Origin: an uncultured Candidatus Saccharibacteria bacterium
GTDB taxonomy: Bacteria; Patescibacteriota; Minisyncoccia; Phycocordibacterales; Zambryskibacteraceae
Direction of reading: 5' to 3'
Length of the DNA: 64,000 nucleotides
Assembly: GCA_964504255.1 (NCBI GenBank)
Contig: CAZDDU010000001.1
Coordinates: 99,512 to 163,511, forward strand
The notes under the pieces were generated by a model that saw only the letters and a list, made by a program, of their open reading frames with translations, ran no database searches and had not been told where the DNA came from. Shown here one piece after another: positions 46,800 through 58,795 of the stretch (its first letter is position 1; every line of letters begins with the position of its first letter). The position numbers and the translations under genes were made by a program.

Positions 46800-47460
46800 G
46801 GGTAAAAGAGGACTAACTGTGATGGAACTTCTTGTCTCTATCGCCATCATGATCATTATTAGCACCGTCATTGCCTCGAACCAGAAGCAGTTCGGTGCAG
46901 GTGCCGCACTTAAGAATATTGTGAATAACTTGAGCCTCTCTCTCAGACAAGCGCAGATCTACGGAGTCTCTGTTAAGCAGCTGTCTCCATCAAGTTCCCA
47001 GGCTTATACCACCACTGGATTCAATGCTGGATACGGTGTGCACTTTAGTATTAATCCATCATTTCCTACTGGGGACAATGGCTCATACCTATTTTTCCTC
47101 GATACTAAGCCGTCTCCCGTTACCGCGCCGAACGGTCTCTATCTTGGAGATATGAACTGTAACCCGATTGGAGGCACCCCAGCATCAGAGTGTTTGGATA
47201 AGGTAGTCTTGGGTCAGGGGCACACCATCACAGCGCTTTGTAGTGTTGAGAGTGGTTCGGAGAACTGCACCAATGAGCAGTTGGACATTACCTTCGTTAG
47301 GCCGGCAGTCGATGCTCAGATAAGGTTTAATAACACCGGTGTACTCACAGATACGGCTTGTATAGAGGTGACAGCCACAGATGGAAGAAAAAATTCTGTC
47401 GTGGTTTATACTACGGGACAAGTCTCTGTTAGAGGAACCTCATGTATAGACGCGCTATGA
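46777..47460 (+). CDS. minor pilin / pseudopilin
   Basis: KRG|LTVMELLVSIAIMIIISTVIA prepilin N-terminus; overlaps pilD end. Confidence 0.6.
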   Translation: MSKHSSIKGKRGLTVMELLVSIAIMIIISTVIASNQKQFGAGAALKNIVNNLSLSLRQAQIYGVSVKQLSPSSSQAYTTTGFNAGYGVHFSINPSFPTGDNGSYLFFLDTKPSPVTAPNGLYLGDMNCNPIGGTPASECLDKVVLGQGHTITALCSVESGSENCTNEQLDITFVRPAVDAQIRFNNTGVLTDTACIEVTATDGRKNSVVVYTTGQVSVRGTSCIDAL

Positions 47461-48023
47461 TGAAGAAGGGCTTCACATTGATAGAGATAATGACGGCGGT
47501 GTCGATCTTTGCTGTTATTACTACAATATCTATGGGCTCAATACTTACGGTCTTTGATGTGAATAGGAAGTCTGAGTCTATCAAGACTGTGATGGATAAC
47601 CTGAACCTCGCTATCGAAAGCATGGCGCGCGAGATGCGCTTCGGCACCAACTATATTTGTAGTCCACTTTTGCCAATGTTAGACACCATAACCTCACCTC
47701 AATCATGTCCATCGGGTGATATCTCTGTAGCATTCTTGGCGACGGATGGAGTTACTAAGGTGGTTTATCGCCAAACTGGCTCAGGTGTAGGTATAGAGAA
47801 GTCTAAGGACGGAGGACAGAGCTTTGTGCCTGTCACCGCACCGGAGATCACTATCCAGGACCTGAAGTTTTTTGTAATAGGTGCACTGCCATCAGTGTCT
47901 GAGGGCTCACCACTACAACCTAAAGTACTTATCCGCATAAGAGGAGTGGCTGGGAGTAAGGCAGGGACGAAGACCGACTTCACCATTCAGACTTTGGTCT
48001 CGCAAAGAAGGCTTGATATATAA
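47442..48023 (+). CDS. minor pilin
   Basis: MMKKG|FTLIEIMTAVSIFAVITT. Confidence 0.65.
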   Translation: MYRRAMMKKGFTLIEIMTAVSIFAVITTISMGSILTVFDVNRKSESIKTVMDNLNLAIESMAREMRFGTNYICSPLLPMLDTITSPQSCPSGDISVAFLATDGVTKVVYRQTGSGVGIEKSKDGGQSFVPVTAPEITIQDLKFFVIGALPSVSEGSPLQPKVLIRIRGVAGSKAGTKTDFTIQTLVSQRRLDI

Positions 48024-48566
48024 AACAATGTTTAAAAAATCCTTACACACAAATAGACAAGGCTTCACTCTAGTTGAGACTCTTATCGCTATATCAATAC
48101 TAGTCTTGGCGGTCACAGGAGCCTTCGCTGCTGCACACAATGGTATGATGTCTTCTTTGTACTCTAAAGATCAGGTGACAGCCTTCTACCTTGCACAAGA
48201 AGCAATAGAGCAAATAAGAAACCTACGGGATCAAAATGGTATTAGCGGTAATGCACAAGGTTGGCTTGCGGGTATAGCTAATGCAGGTGACCCATGCGCA
48301 GTGGGGAACGTCTGTTATGTGAATGCTTTGAGCTCGTCAGCTCCATTGATACAGTGTCCAGCAGTCTGTCCAAACTTACTCTTGAACTCAAATGGCTTCT
48401 ATAGTTATGACAATGGCACAACCACCAAGTTCAGAAGAGAGGTAACCATTACCTCGGTTGCTGGTAGTAGTGGAAATGAGATAGTAGTTCAAGCAAAAGT
48501 CTTTTGGTCTAAGGGGTTACTTGTAGACAAGAGCTTTACCGCGACAGAACATTTATTTAACTGGCA

Positions 48567-48570
<4 letters not shown>
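48013..48570 (+). CDS. minor pilin
   Basis: NRQG|FTLVETLIAISILVLAV. Confidence 0.65.
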
Positions 48571-51034
<2,464 letters not shown>

Positions 51035-51038
51035 GTTT

Positions 51039-51317
51039 ATGAATAAAAGTGAGGTCCAAAAGCTGGCCAAGCTAGCTAGGGTTAGCATAAGCGACGAGGA
51101 AGCAGAGAGTCTCTCTCATGAATTCGAGAGCATTCTTAATTATGTCGGCGAGATCAAGAAGGCCAACATTTCTTCCTCTTTGTCACAGGACTTACTTATT
51201 AAGAACGTGATGAGGGAAGATACTGATCCACATGAGTCTGGGCTTTATACAGAGGCGATTTTAAGAGAGATGCCAAGTGCTGAAGGTCAGTACTTGAAAG
51301 TAAAGAAAATACTCTAG
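51039..51317 (+). CDS. gatC: Asp/Glu-tRNA amidotransferase subunit C
   Basis: 92 aa; LAKLARVSISDEEAESLSHEFESILNYV. Confidence 0.75.
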   Translation: MNKSEVQKLAKLARVSISDEEAESLSHEFESILNYVGEIKKANISSSLSQDLLIKNVMREDTDPHESGLYTEAILREMPSAEGQYLKVKKIL

Positions 51318-52718
51318 ATGATAGATCTCACTAAATTAACCGTCATAAGCGCAAGACAGGCCCTGAAGAAGGGTGAGTTCACTGCTACGGAATTAACCAA
51401 GAGATCCCTTGAGGTCATAGGTGAGAAGGATGCAGAATTACACGCATTCCTAGAAGTGTTTGAAGATGTACTAGACCAAGCCAAAGTTTCTGACGAGAAG
51501 ATTGCCTCTGGTGTGGACCTACCTCTTCTCGGTATCCCAGTTGCTATTAAGGATAATATTTTGTTTGATGGTCACACTGCTTCAGCTGGGTCAAAGATAC
51601 TCGAGAAATATCGAGCAACTTACGACTCAACTTTGATCAAGAAGTTGAAGGAGGCTGGGGCGATTATCATAGGTAGAACCAATTGTGATGAGTTTGCTAT
51701 GGGCTCTTCAACCGAGAACTCGGCCTATGGAACCACCAAGAATCCCATCGATACTTCGAGAGTCCCGGGAGGCTCATCAGGAGGCTCGGCTGTGGCAGTA
51801 TCGGCCGGCATGGTGCTTGCGAGCTTCGGTTCTGATACTGGTGGCTCAATAAGGCAACCAGCTGCCTTTACGGGCATAGTGGGTATGAAGCCGACATATG
51901 GCAGGGTGTCTAGGAGTGGGCTAATTGCCATGGCAAGCTCTCTAGATCAAATTGGTCCATTTACCAAAACAGTTGAGGATGCAGAACTTTTGTATGAGAT
52001 TGCGAAGGGGAGAGATGCGATGGACAGCACTACAATAAGCGATGATACATATAAATTAAGAGAGAATAAGAAAGTGATAGGGGTACCAAGATCATTCTTC
52101 GAATCCAGTTTGGATAAGGAGGTGATGAAGAACTTCAATAATACAGTTGATAGGTTTAAAAAACTTGGCTATGAAGTTAAAGACATTGAGTTGCCCCACC
52201 TCAAGTACTCACTTGCTGTGTACTACATCCTAATGCCCGCTGAGGTCTCCTCGAACCTTGCACGCTTTGATGGGGTGAAGTATGGACTTCATGTAGATGG
52301 AGATAATTCTATTGATGATTATTTTAAAACCCGTGGGGCAGGTTTCGGCCGTGAGGTTAGAAGGAGAGTGATACTCGGTACTTACGTGCTCTCGTCTGGA
52401 TACTATGATGCTTACTATGGTCAGGCCCAGAATATGAAAAAGGCTATTACTGATGAGATCAGAGAGGCATTTAATAATGTAGATGTCATAATTACTCCGA
52501 CGACTCCAACACCCGCCTTTAAATTCGGGGAGAAGACAGATCCACTCTCAATGTATTTGGCAGATATCTTTACTGTACCAGCGAACATTACCGGTTGCCC
52601 TTCTATTTCAATACCCTCGGGCGAGGTTAATGGTCTACCACTTGGACTCCTTATTACCGCTGACCTAGGTAGTGAGGAAAAGCTTTTTGCCACAGCCAAA
52701 GACTTCGAAAAGAGTTAG
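51318..52718 (+). CDS. gatA: Asp/Glu-tRNA amidotransferase subunit A
   Basis: Amidase signature GGSSGGSAVAVSAG, Ser-cisSer-Lys triad context. Confidence 0.85.
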   Translation: MIDLTKLTVISARQALKKGEFTATELTKRSLEVIGEKDAELHAFLEVFEDVLDQAKVSDEKIASGVDLPLLGIPVAIKDNILFDGHTASAGSKILEKYRATYDSTLIKKLKEAGAIIIGRTNCDEFAMGSSTENSAYGTTKNPIDTSRVPGGSSGGSAVAVSAGMVLASFGSDTGGSIRQPAAFTGIVGMKPTYGRVSRSGLIAMASSLDQIGPFTKTVEDAELLYEIAKGRDAMDSTTISDDTYKLRENKKVIGVPRSFFESSLDKEVMKNFNNTVDRFKKLGYEVKDIELPHLKYSLAVYYILMPAEVSSNLARFDGVKYGLHVDGDNSIDDYFKTRGAGFGREVRRRVILGTYVLSSGYYDAYYGQAQNMKKAITDEIREAFNNVDVIITPTTPTPAFKFGEKTDPLSMYLADIFTVPANITGCPSISIPSGEVNGLPLGLLITADLGSEEKLFATAKDFEKS

Positions 52719-52727
52719 AATGTAAGC

Positions 52728-53381
52728 ATGGCAGACAAGAAAGAAGGTCCCAAAGATAATGGTCCCGTAGTAGAGGTTGGCTTTATTATCCTCGTGCTTA
52801 TATTCCTCTGGGTAATCTGGTCAACAATCCTAAATTACTTTCTTGTATCTCGTTTTGGATCATATGGCACCATCTGGGCCACCATGGTGGCTTGGTTTAT
52901 TAAATATATATATCCCATCATTATCCTCTTGGGTATTGTAGCCACCATTCTTGCTATTATGAGTATGGTAAGGAATGTGTCTAAGCTTAAGGATTTGAAG
53001 GAGGCAGAAAAGAAAGTGTTTGGTTCAGATCCTGATGGTACTGAGGTCAAAGAAATCATTGCACCCTTGAACCCAAAGTGGGAGAAGGCCATGAGCCACC
53101 TCAACTCCACCAATGCCTCAGAATGGCGCTTGGCTATCATTGAGGCCGATATCATGCTCGATGACATGCTTCGTGCTCAGGGCCACCACGGCGACTCCAT
53201 AGGTGAGATGCTTAAGGGTATAGAGAAGTCAGATATGCTCACTCTCGACTATGCCTGGGAAGCACACAAGATAAGAAACGAGGTGGTTCACTCCGGTTCT
53301 ACCTATGAGTTAAGCGAGCGCGAGGCAAAGCGAGTGATGTCACTCTTCGAAGCCGTTTTCCGAGAATTCAAGATGATATAA
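52728..53381 (+). CDS. hypothetical membrane protein with C-terminal HEPN-like region
   Basis: Two N-terminal TM helices; C-terminal EAHKIRNEVVHSG (R-x4-H). Confidence 0.4.
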   Translation: MADKKEGPKDNGPVVEVGFIILVLIFLWVIWSTILNYFLVSRFGSYGTIWATMVAWFIKYIYPIIILLGIVATILAIMSMVRNVSKLKDLKEAEKKVFGSDPDGTEVKEIIAPLNPKWEKAMSHLNSTNASEWRLAIIEADIMLDDMLRAQGHHGDSIGEMLKGIEKSDMLTLDYAWEAHKIRNEVVHSGSTYELSEREAKRVMSLFEAVFREFKMI

Positions 53382-53412
53382 TAAATTTGTTATTAAAGTT
53401 TATTAATTACAA

Positions 53413-54231
53413 ATGTCAAAGAAATTAAGTTTAATATTGGGTAGTTTTTTTGTTTTATTTGTTGGAATAGCGTCTGCCAGCTTAACTACTGATATTATGC
53501 CAACGGGTGACGGAGCATACACACAGTGGACGAAGAGCTCAGGTCTCACTCACTACACATTGGTTGATGAAAGTTCATGTAATGGTGTTACTGACTACAA
53601 TTTCACCACAACTGTGGGCAATAGGGATTCATATGTAGTCAGCACAAGCCAGGTTTCAAATGGTTCTCAAATAACTAAAATAGAAATAAAGCCTTGTGCC
53701 TCAAGAAATTCTGGAGGAGGCGCTAGCCCAGTTATGAATGTTTTCTACAGACTTAATGGTTCAAACAGTGCAGATGCTGGAGCATACTCACTTACAGGCA
53801 CAACTCCTGTACAACTCGCTACGACCACCTTCAGTGGTCTATCGGCTATTAAGACTGGGACAACTACACTAGAAGTTGGTTCTGTTCTAACTTCCGGTAT
53901 TAGAGGAGCAAGATTGAGTAGGATAGCAACTGTTATTACTTACACAGCTCTCAATGCTCCATCGGGCCTTGGGGCAACCACAACCTCATCTTCTCAAATT
54001 AATTTGGGATGGTCTGACAATTCAACCTTTGAGGATGGTTTCGTGATAGAGAGACAGAATGTTACTGCTTCTAGTACCTTCTCAGTAATCGCTACAACAA
54101 CTGCAAATGTTGTTGGTTATAGTGATATGGGATTAGCATCTTCAACTGTGTACAAATACAAGGTTCGTGCATACAACATTGGTGGGTATTCGAATTACTC
54201 AAATACCGCCACAGCTACAACTACTCCATAA
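53413..54231 (+). CDS. secreted protein with C-terminal fibronectin type III domain
   Basis: Signal peptide; INLGWSDNSTFEDGFVIERQ...YKYKVRAYNIGGYS FN3 pattern. Confidence 0.5.
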   Translation: MSKKLSLILGSFFVLFVGIASASLTTDIMPTGDGAYTQWTKSSGLTHYTLVDESSCNGVTDYNFTTTVGNRDSYVVSTSQVSNGSQITKIEIKPCASRNSGGGASPVMNVFYRLNGSNSADAGAYSLTGTTPVQLATTTFSGLSAIKTGTTTLEVGSVLTSGIRGARLSRIATVITYTALNAPSGLGATTTSSSQINLGWSDNSTFEDGFVIERQNVTASSTFSVIATTTANVVGYSDMGLASSTVYKYKVRAYNIGGYSNYSNTATATTTP

Positions 54232-54323
54232 GAGTAAGTTGATACCTGAAACAAAAACTGCCTTAGGGGCAGTTTTTGTTTGCATCAAATAGAGTACCTT
54301 CCGAAAGTTTAAATGATCTAGTT

Positions 54324-54623
54324 TTAAAGCTTGTTGGCTTCCTCCGTTAACTTCTCAAAAAGTTCATCATCATTCTCTTGCCATGCTTGTTCTGCCGCAT
54401 CTATCAAAGCTTCTTTGGCTAGTTTATTTAGACCAGCTTCTTTGTACATATAAGCCACTTCGACATTGAGCATCATGCCTTGTTGACTGGTTTCGATCTC
54501 AAGTTGTCTTCGATCAAGAAACTCATTCAATAATGATAAATCTTCTGTTCCGAGCTTAAGAGACTCGATCACTCTTGCTTTGAGGGATTCTATATCTTCC
54601 TGATTTGGCGCTCCTTCAAACAT
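54324..54623 (-). CDS. hypothetical acidic protein
   Basis: 99-aa ORF. Confidence 0.35.
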   Translation of the reverse strand: MFEGAPNQEDIESLKARVIESLKLGTEDLSLLNEFLDRRQLEIETSQQGMMLNVEVAYMYKEAGLNKLAKEALIDAAEQAWQENDDELFEKLTEEANKL

Positions 54624-54666
54624 GACTCAAGTATATACCTTTGCACAGGCTAGACTAGCCCGTAGG

Positions 54667-55098
54667 CTATGGCCGAGGGTGGATGATTTCAGAACTAAAA
54701 TCTTCAAAAAATTGGTCTAAAATACTTCTATTACGATCGATCATTTTTAAACCAGTAGAATTATGATACCCAAAGAATCCTAGATCCGTTCCTTCAGTCT
54801 GCTTAATTCTTAGCTCTTCCTCCGATTCATTTACCGGAATAAGAAAATAGAAAACTTCTTCATTTGTTCCGTCATTAGATTCTACGCGTCCGAAGAATTT
54901 GAATTCAGGCTGATTGAATGTAAGGGACAGCTCTTCGTCTAACTCCCTAGTGAGAGCTTCCTCTATGGATTCATTATCTTCGACTGCTCCACCGAAAAAG
55001 GCCCAAGTGTTTGGGTACAGAGGAGCCTTACCGTCCCTGAGTTGCAGTAATACTTGACCTTCTCTGTTATAAAGAACCGCCTTTGCGATTTTCTTCAT
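54667..55098 (-). CDS. NUDIX hydrolase
   Basis: Nudix box GGAVEDNESIEEALTRELDEELSL. Confidence 0.7.
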   Translation of the reverse strand: MKKIAKAVLYNREGQVLLQLRDGKAPLYPNTWAFFGGAVEDNESIEEALTRELDEELSLTFNQPEFKFFGRVESNDGTNEEVFYFLIPVNESEEELRIKQTEGTDLGFFGYHNSTGLKMIDRNRSILDQFFEDFSSEIIHPRP

Positions 55099-55164
55099 AA
55101 TGAGATTATACCTTTGCGCGGGATATTTATCCTGAGCTAGTCGAAGGTGTGGAGGATGTTAGAA

Positions 55165-55767
55165 CTAAATTGCAGAACAGTTCCAGTCTTCCGTCCGTGA
55201 ATTGCTATTAATACGAGCTTCCGAACATTTCGTTTTTTCGCTTTCAGGGCTACACTGGAAAGCAAATGTTGCCCGAGCAACAATATGGCTCTCATTACTA
55301 CCAGAAGGAGTGTATGAGAAGTTTTCGCAAGCGTACGTTCTAAATGAGAAGTCATTCGGAACATAACTGCTCTTAACCATTTTGCATTCATTAGTAGCGG
55401 CTGCGTAGACTGGACCTCTGCCAACTCTTACACTCCCAACTTCTGAGAACTGTGTCATTAGTGTTCCACATGGAGAGAAGTATTGCAGGTAATTCCCATT
55501 ATTTGAGTCATCTTTGTATTCATACACAACAGTGTGTTCTGCCTTACCAAGAGTTTGCGAAGACACTTGCTTATAATTTTGGTCATAGAAAGCTGGGTCG
55601 CTAGATGAAGATGGACCTAAATCAGAAACTCCACCAGGCACAGCTCGAGGCGCATTACTAATCTCTTTCTCATAAAAATAGAACACTGTTCCTCCCGTTA
55701 ATATCACAACTGTAATAGCAGCTAAAATAGGTGTTATGGTAAAACCTTTGTTCATTTTTATTTTCAC
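55165..55767 (-). CDS. hypothetical secreted/anchored Cys-containing protein
   Basis: N-terminal TM; preceded by TGGTATAAT extended -10. Confidence 0.45.
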   Translation of the reverse strand: MKIKMNKGFTITPILAAITVVILTGGTVFYFYEKEISNAPRAVPGGVSDLGPSSSSDPAFYDQNYKQVSSQTLGKAEHTVVYEYKDDSNNGNYLQYFSPCGTLMTQFSEVGSVRVGRGPVYAAATNECKMVKSSYVPNDFSFRTYACENFSYTPSGSNESHIVARATFAFQCSPESEKTKCSEARINSNSRTEDWNCSAI

Positions 55768-55860
55768 TTATTTATTATACCAGTTCCATATCTCATAGAC
55801 CCATACAGAAAAGAGCCCTTCCGCCAGCTGGCGGATCTAGGACTCTTTTCGTTTGCGCGG
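55768..55860 (-). promoter_or_regulatory. repeated terminator + extended -10 promoter module (copy 1)
   Basis: ~90 bp ~85% identical to 56508-56600; minus-strand TGGTATAAT. Confidence 0.5.
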
Positions 55861-55889
55861 GCTAGTGGATGATGTTAGAACTGTTTTTT

Positions 55890-56504
55890 CTAAAGAGGAT
55901 CTGGTTCATTAGAATAACAAGTCAAACTCGACGTTGGAATTTGTTCAAATTTATCAGTTTTAGAACTTGATACCCAGGCCATAGTAGGATACACCCTAAT
56001 TAGGTCAGGGCTCTCATATTTATTTTTTTCAACCATGGCCACAATAAGAGTGCGGTCGGGCATATATGGAAATTGAACAGAGGTACAGTTATCAATGGCC
56101 ATAGTTAGACCGCTGTCAGCTGACGGGAAGGATAATGTGTCTGTTACCGTATACATCTGTGAGCATTCGTCCTTGTGGCTTAATATGTATTCATAGCTTT
56201 TTGTGTCAACATTCGTCATCCAAATCTCTTTTCCTTCTTTTGTCATCATAAGCTCTAAATTATTATAGTAGCCGACATTCTCTGTGCCATTCGGTGGTAA
56301 ATTCGAGCAGTAACTAACCCCAATCCATTTAGATTTAGGAGCATCGTTTTTTTCAGAAGAGTATGTCGATATCTCGTCTTGTTGTGGTTCTGTAGAGAGT
56401 GTTGTTTCTTGAGCCAAAAAACCAGGGTTGTTTTTGTACAGATAACCTCCTACTAGAAAAAGTCCCACTACGGTTAAGCTTAGGATAATTGTAAATTTTC
56501 TCAT
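55890..56504 (-). CDS. hypothetical secreted/anchored Cys-containing protein
   Basis: N-terminal TM; same promoter module upstream. Confidence 0.45.
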   Translation of the reverse strand: MRKFTIILSLTVVGLFLVGGYLYKNNPGFLAQETTLSTEPQQDEISTYSSEKNDAPKSKWIGVSYCSNLPPNGTENVGYYNNLELMMTKEGKEIWMTNVDTKSYEYILSHKDECSQMYTVTDTLSFPSADSGLTMAIDNCTSVQFPYMPDRTLIVAMVEKNKYESPDLIRVYPTMAWVSSSKTDKFEQIPTSSLTCYSNEPDPL

Positions 56505-56507
56505 TTC

Positions 56508-56600
56508 TTAATTATACCAGTTCCACGTCCCATAGACCCCTACAGAAAAGAGCCCTTCCGCCAGTTGGCGGATCGAGGACTCTTTTCGTTTGCGCGGTCG
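56508..56600 (-). promoter_or_regulatory. repeated terminator + extended -10 promoter module (copy 2)
   Basis: ccgccagttggcgg hairpin then TGGTATAAT on minus strand. Confidence 0.5.
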
Positions 56601-56666
56601 ACCGGACTTGAACCGGCAACCTCTCGCGTGACAGGCGAGTGCTCTAACCAGTTGAGCTACGACCGC
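56593..56666 (-). tRNA. tRNA-Asp (GUC)
   Basis: GCGGTCG acceptor, CTCGC-CTGTCAC-GCGAG anticodon arm, TTCAAGT T-loop, G73. Confidence 0.8.
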
Positions 56667-56743
56667 AAGGGGAGTATCAGAAACTTGTTTACGCTTACTC
56701 CGAGCGCAGCGGACCGCCTTACGAAGTAAGACAGTCCGCAATG

Positions 56744-56818
56744 TGTCGGCGGGAGGGATCGAACCTCCGACCTTGGGCTTATGAGTCCCACGCTCTAACC
56801 AACTGAGCTACGCCGACA
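56744..56818 (-). tRNA. tRNA-Met (CAU), elongator type (G1-C72)
   Basis: GTCGGCG acceptor, CTCATAA loop, TTCGATC T-loop. Confidence 0.65.
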
Positions 56819-57056
56819 AGCTTTGGCTTACTGCCGTAAGCTGTCTCACATTGCGTGGCTAGTACTATACTATTTTACATTGATTTTGTCAGTAGAGTGC
56901 GATATAATGGCTCTCTACAGCGGGTTGGAGGAGCAGTACCTCGACAGGCTCATAACCTGTAGGCGTCCGTGCAAATCGGGCACCCGCAACAAATTTGTTT
57001 TTCGAATAGGAGTATAATCTATAAGGGATTAGGATTATCAATAATCTTTTATATTC

Positions 57057-57416
57057 ATGTCCAATTCACAAAAGGCTGTTTGGGTATTGCGTATCGCTGT
57101 CGCAGGAGAGTTCTTGGGTCATGCGGTGTTCGCTCTACAAGGTAAGGCAGACTGGGTTAAGTGGTTTGCCAAATTTGGAGTAAGTGACCCAGCGACTGCA
57201 ACGACTCTTCTTATGCTAGTGGGTATTATGGATCTTATTGTCGCGCTAGTCGTCTTGGTTAAGCCGATGAAGCCAATACTTCTCTGGGCTGTGTTCTGGG
57301 GCTTCTGGACTGCACTTGTCCGACCAATTGTAGGCATGCCTATTTGGGACTTTATCGAAAGATTTGCTAATTGGGGAGCACCTCTCGCTCTGTACTACTT
57401 GATCAAAAAGGAGTAA
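57057..57416 (+). CDS. hypothetical integral membrane protein
   Basis: 3-4 TM helices. Confidence 0.45.
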   Translation: MSNSQKAVWVLRIAVAGEFLGHAVFALQGKADWVKWFAKFGVSDPATATTLLMLVGIMDLIVALVVLVKPMKPILLWAVFWGFWTALVRPIVGMPIWDFIERFANWGAPLALYYLIKKE

Positions 57417-57428
57417 AGTTTTTTCCAT

Positions 57429-58088
57429 ATGTGGAAGCAGTTAACATCACTAGTACTCTTGGTATTAGTGTTTACGGTCGTGGCTGGTGTGGCTTGGTTT
57501 GTTGATTACTACAAGCCAACCAATTCCTATGATCCAGTGATTATTGGCGGTGTTTTTCCAACCAAGGAGCCAGAAGAAGGTCGGATTACTCTCAGAGTCG
57601 GTGAGACTGGGGTGTTTAGGAACATCTCTATCAAGCCAACAGAGGTAGTAGAGGATAGCCGTTGCCCAGTGAATGTGAATTGTATCTGGGCGGGAACTCT
57701 TAAGGTTAAGCTTGATGTACTCTCGGGCCTTGGTGCTTCCAATCCTACAATTGAGCTGGGCGGTTTAATCACCACAGAAGCCGAGGAGATAAAACTAATT
57801 TCTGTATCACCTGAGAAGATGCGGGAGGAGACTCTGCCGAGTGACTATGAATTTGTTTTCGAAGTATCTAAGAGGGGTCAGACTCCTATAGGAGCTAGAG
57901 GCTGCTTCGTGGGTGGGTGTTCTGGTCAGATTTGCTCGGATAGTCCTGACATGGCTTCTACTTGTGAGTTTAGAGCTGAGTATGCCTGCTATAAGACATC
58001 TAAGTGCGAGAGACAGACAAGTGGACAGTGTGGATGGACTGATACAAGTGAACTGAGGATGTGTCTCAATAATCCTCCCGCACTTTAA
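57429..58088 (+). CDS. hypothetical secreted Cys-rich protein
   Basis: N-terminal TM/signal; 12 Cys in C-terminal half. Confidence 0.45.
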   Translation: MWKQLTSLVLLVLVFTVVAGVAWFVDYYKPTNSYDPVIIGGVFPTKEPEEGRITLRVGETGVFRNISIKPTEVVEDSRCPVNVNCIWAGTLKVKLDVLSGLGASNPTIELGGLITTEAEEIKLISVSPEKMREETLPSDYEFVFEVSKRGQTPIGARGCFVGGCSGQICSDSPDMASTCEFRAEYACYKTSKCERQTSGQCGWTDTSELRMCLNNPPAL

Positions 58089-58127
58089 AAAGTACTCGAT
58101 TTGTAATACTATAATGGCCTGTTTCGT

Positions 58128-58203
58128 GCCAAGATAGCTCAGTTGGTAGAGCACTTCCATGGTAAGGAAGAGGTCCCCGGTTCGATCCCGGGTCTTGGCT
58201 CCA
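58128..58203 (+). tRNA. tRNA-Thr (GGU), CCA encoded
   Basis: GCCAAGA/TCTTGGC acceptor, CTTCC-ATGGTAA-GGAAG. Confidence 0.8.
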
Positions 58204-58223
58204 AGTGTTAGAATGCTTCTTGT

Positions 58224-58296
58224 GCCAAAGTAGCTCAGTTGGTAGAGCGGCAGTATCGTAAACTGCAGGTCGTGAGTTCGATCCTCACCTTTGGCT
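58224..58296 (+). tRNA. tRNA-Thr (CGU)
   Basis: GCCAAAG/CTTTGGC acceptor, GCAGT-ATCGTAA-ACTGC. Confidence 0.8.
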
Positions 58297-58299
58297 CAT

Positions 58300-58790
58300 T
58301 TGTTTATGCTTAATCTCTGATATAGAATCAGTTGGCACTCAAGGCAACCAATGCGAGCCACCGCATAAATAGAGCATGCTACAAGGTTTTTGCTCTAGTC
58401 GCGGGATTAGATACCCTGCGAGCAATCCTCGGTTGACCTTATGCTTAGGGTGAAAATCCCGCAATAGGCGAAACGGGTGTTAAACACAAATCCTGGAGTT
58501 GAGAGCAGTCAGCGTAGATATGTCGGGGTAGTTTAAGCCTTGAGCTTACGACAACCTGACTTATTACGAGGATTGTGATCGACGATAGGTGCAGATGATG
58601 CCTGATATACGTAGTGTGGCTAGACGCGTGTATCGAGCCGGGTGCCTCACTGGTGAGGTCCGGGATTTAGATCATCTGGCTCTATCCCTGTGCTCGGGGA
58701 ATGTCGGCCCCAGATGCACGAAAGGGAAATACGGCACTGGCCAAGCGGAGAGATACTTCTCCCTTGGCCTTTCCCTTTTGGTATACTTCT
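58300..58790 (+). ncRNA. candidate structured ncRNA (identity unresolved: SRP RNA or RNase P RNA are testable hypotheses)
   Basis: ~490 bp with no convincing ORF between tRNA-Thr and prfB; nested helices GCGGGAU...AUCCCGC and CATCTGG...CCAGATG; motifs GGGUGAAA, GACGCGUGU, AGGUCCGGGAU. Confidence 0.3.
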
Positions 58791-58795
58791 AATAC

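Noticed and set aside
58300-58790. Confident RNase P RNA call
   Set aside because: A GGGUGAAA motif is present, but I could not find the P4 pairing partners (AGGAAAGUCCGGGC / ACAGAANCCGGCUUA) on either strand. It is left as an unresolved ncRNA candidate.
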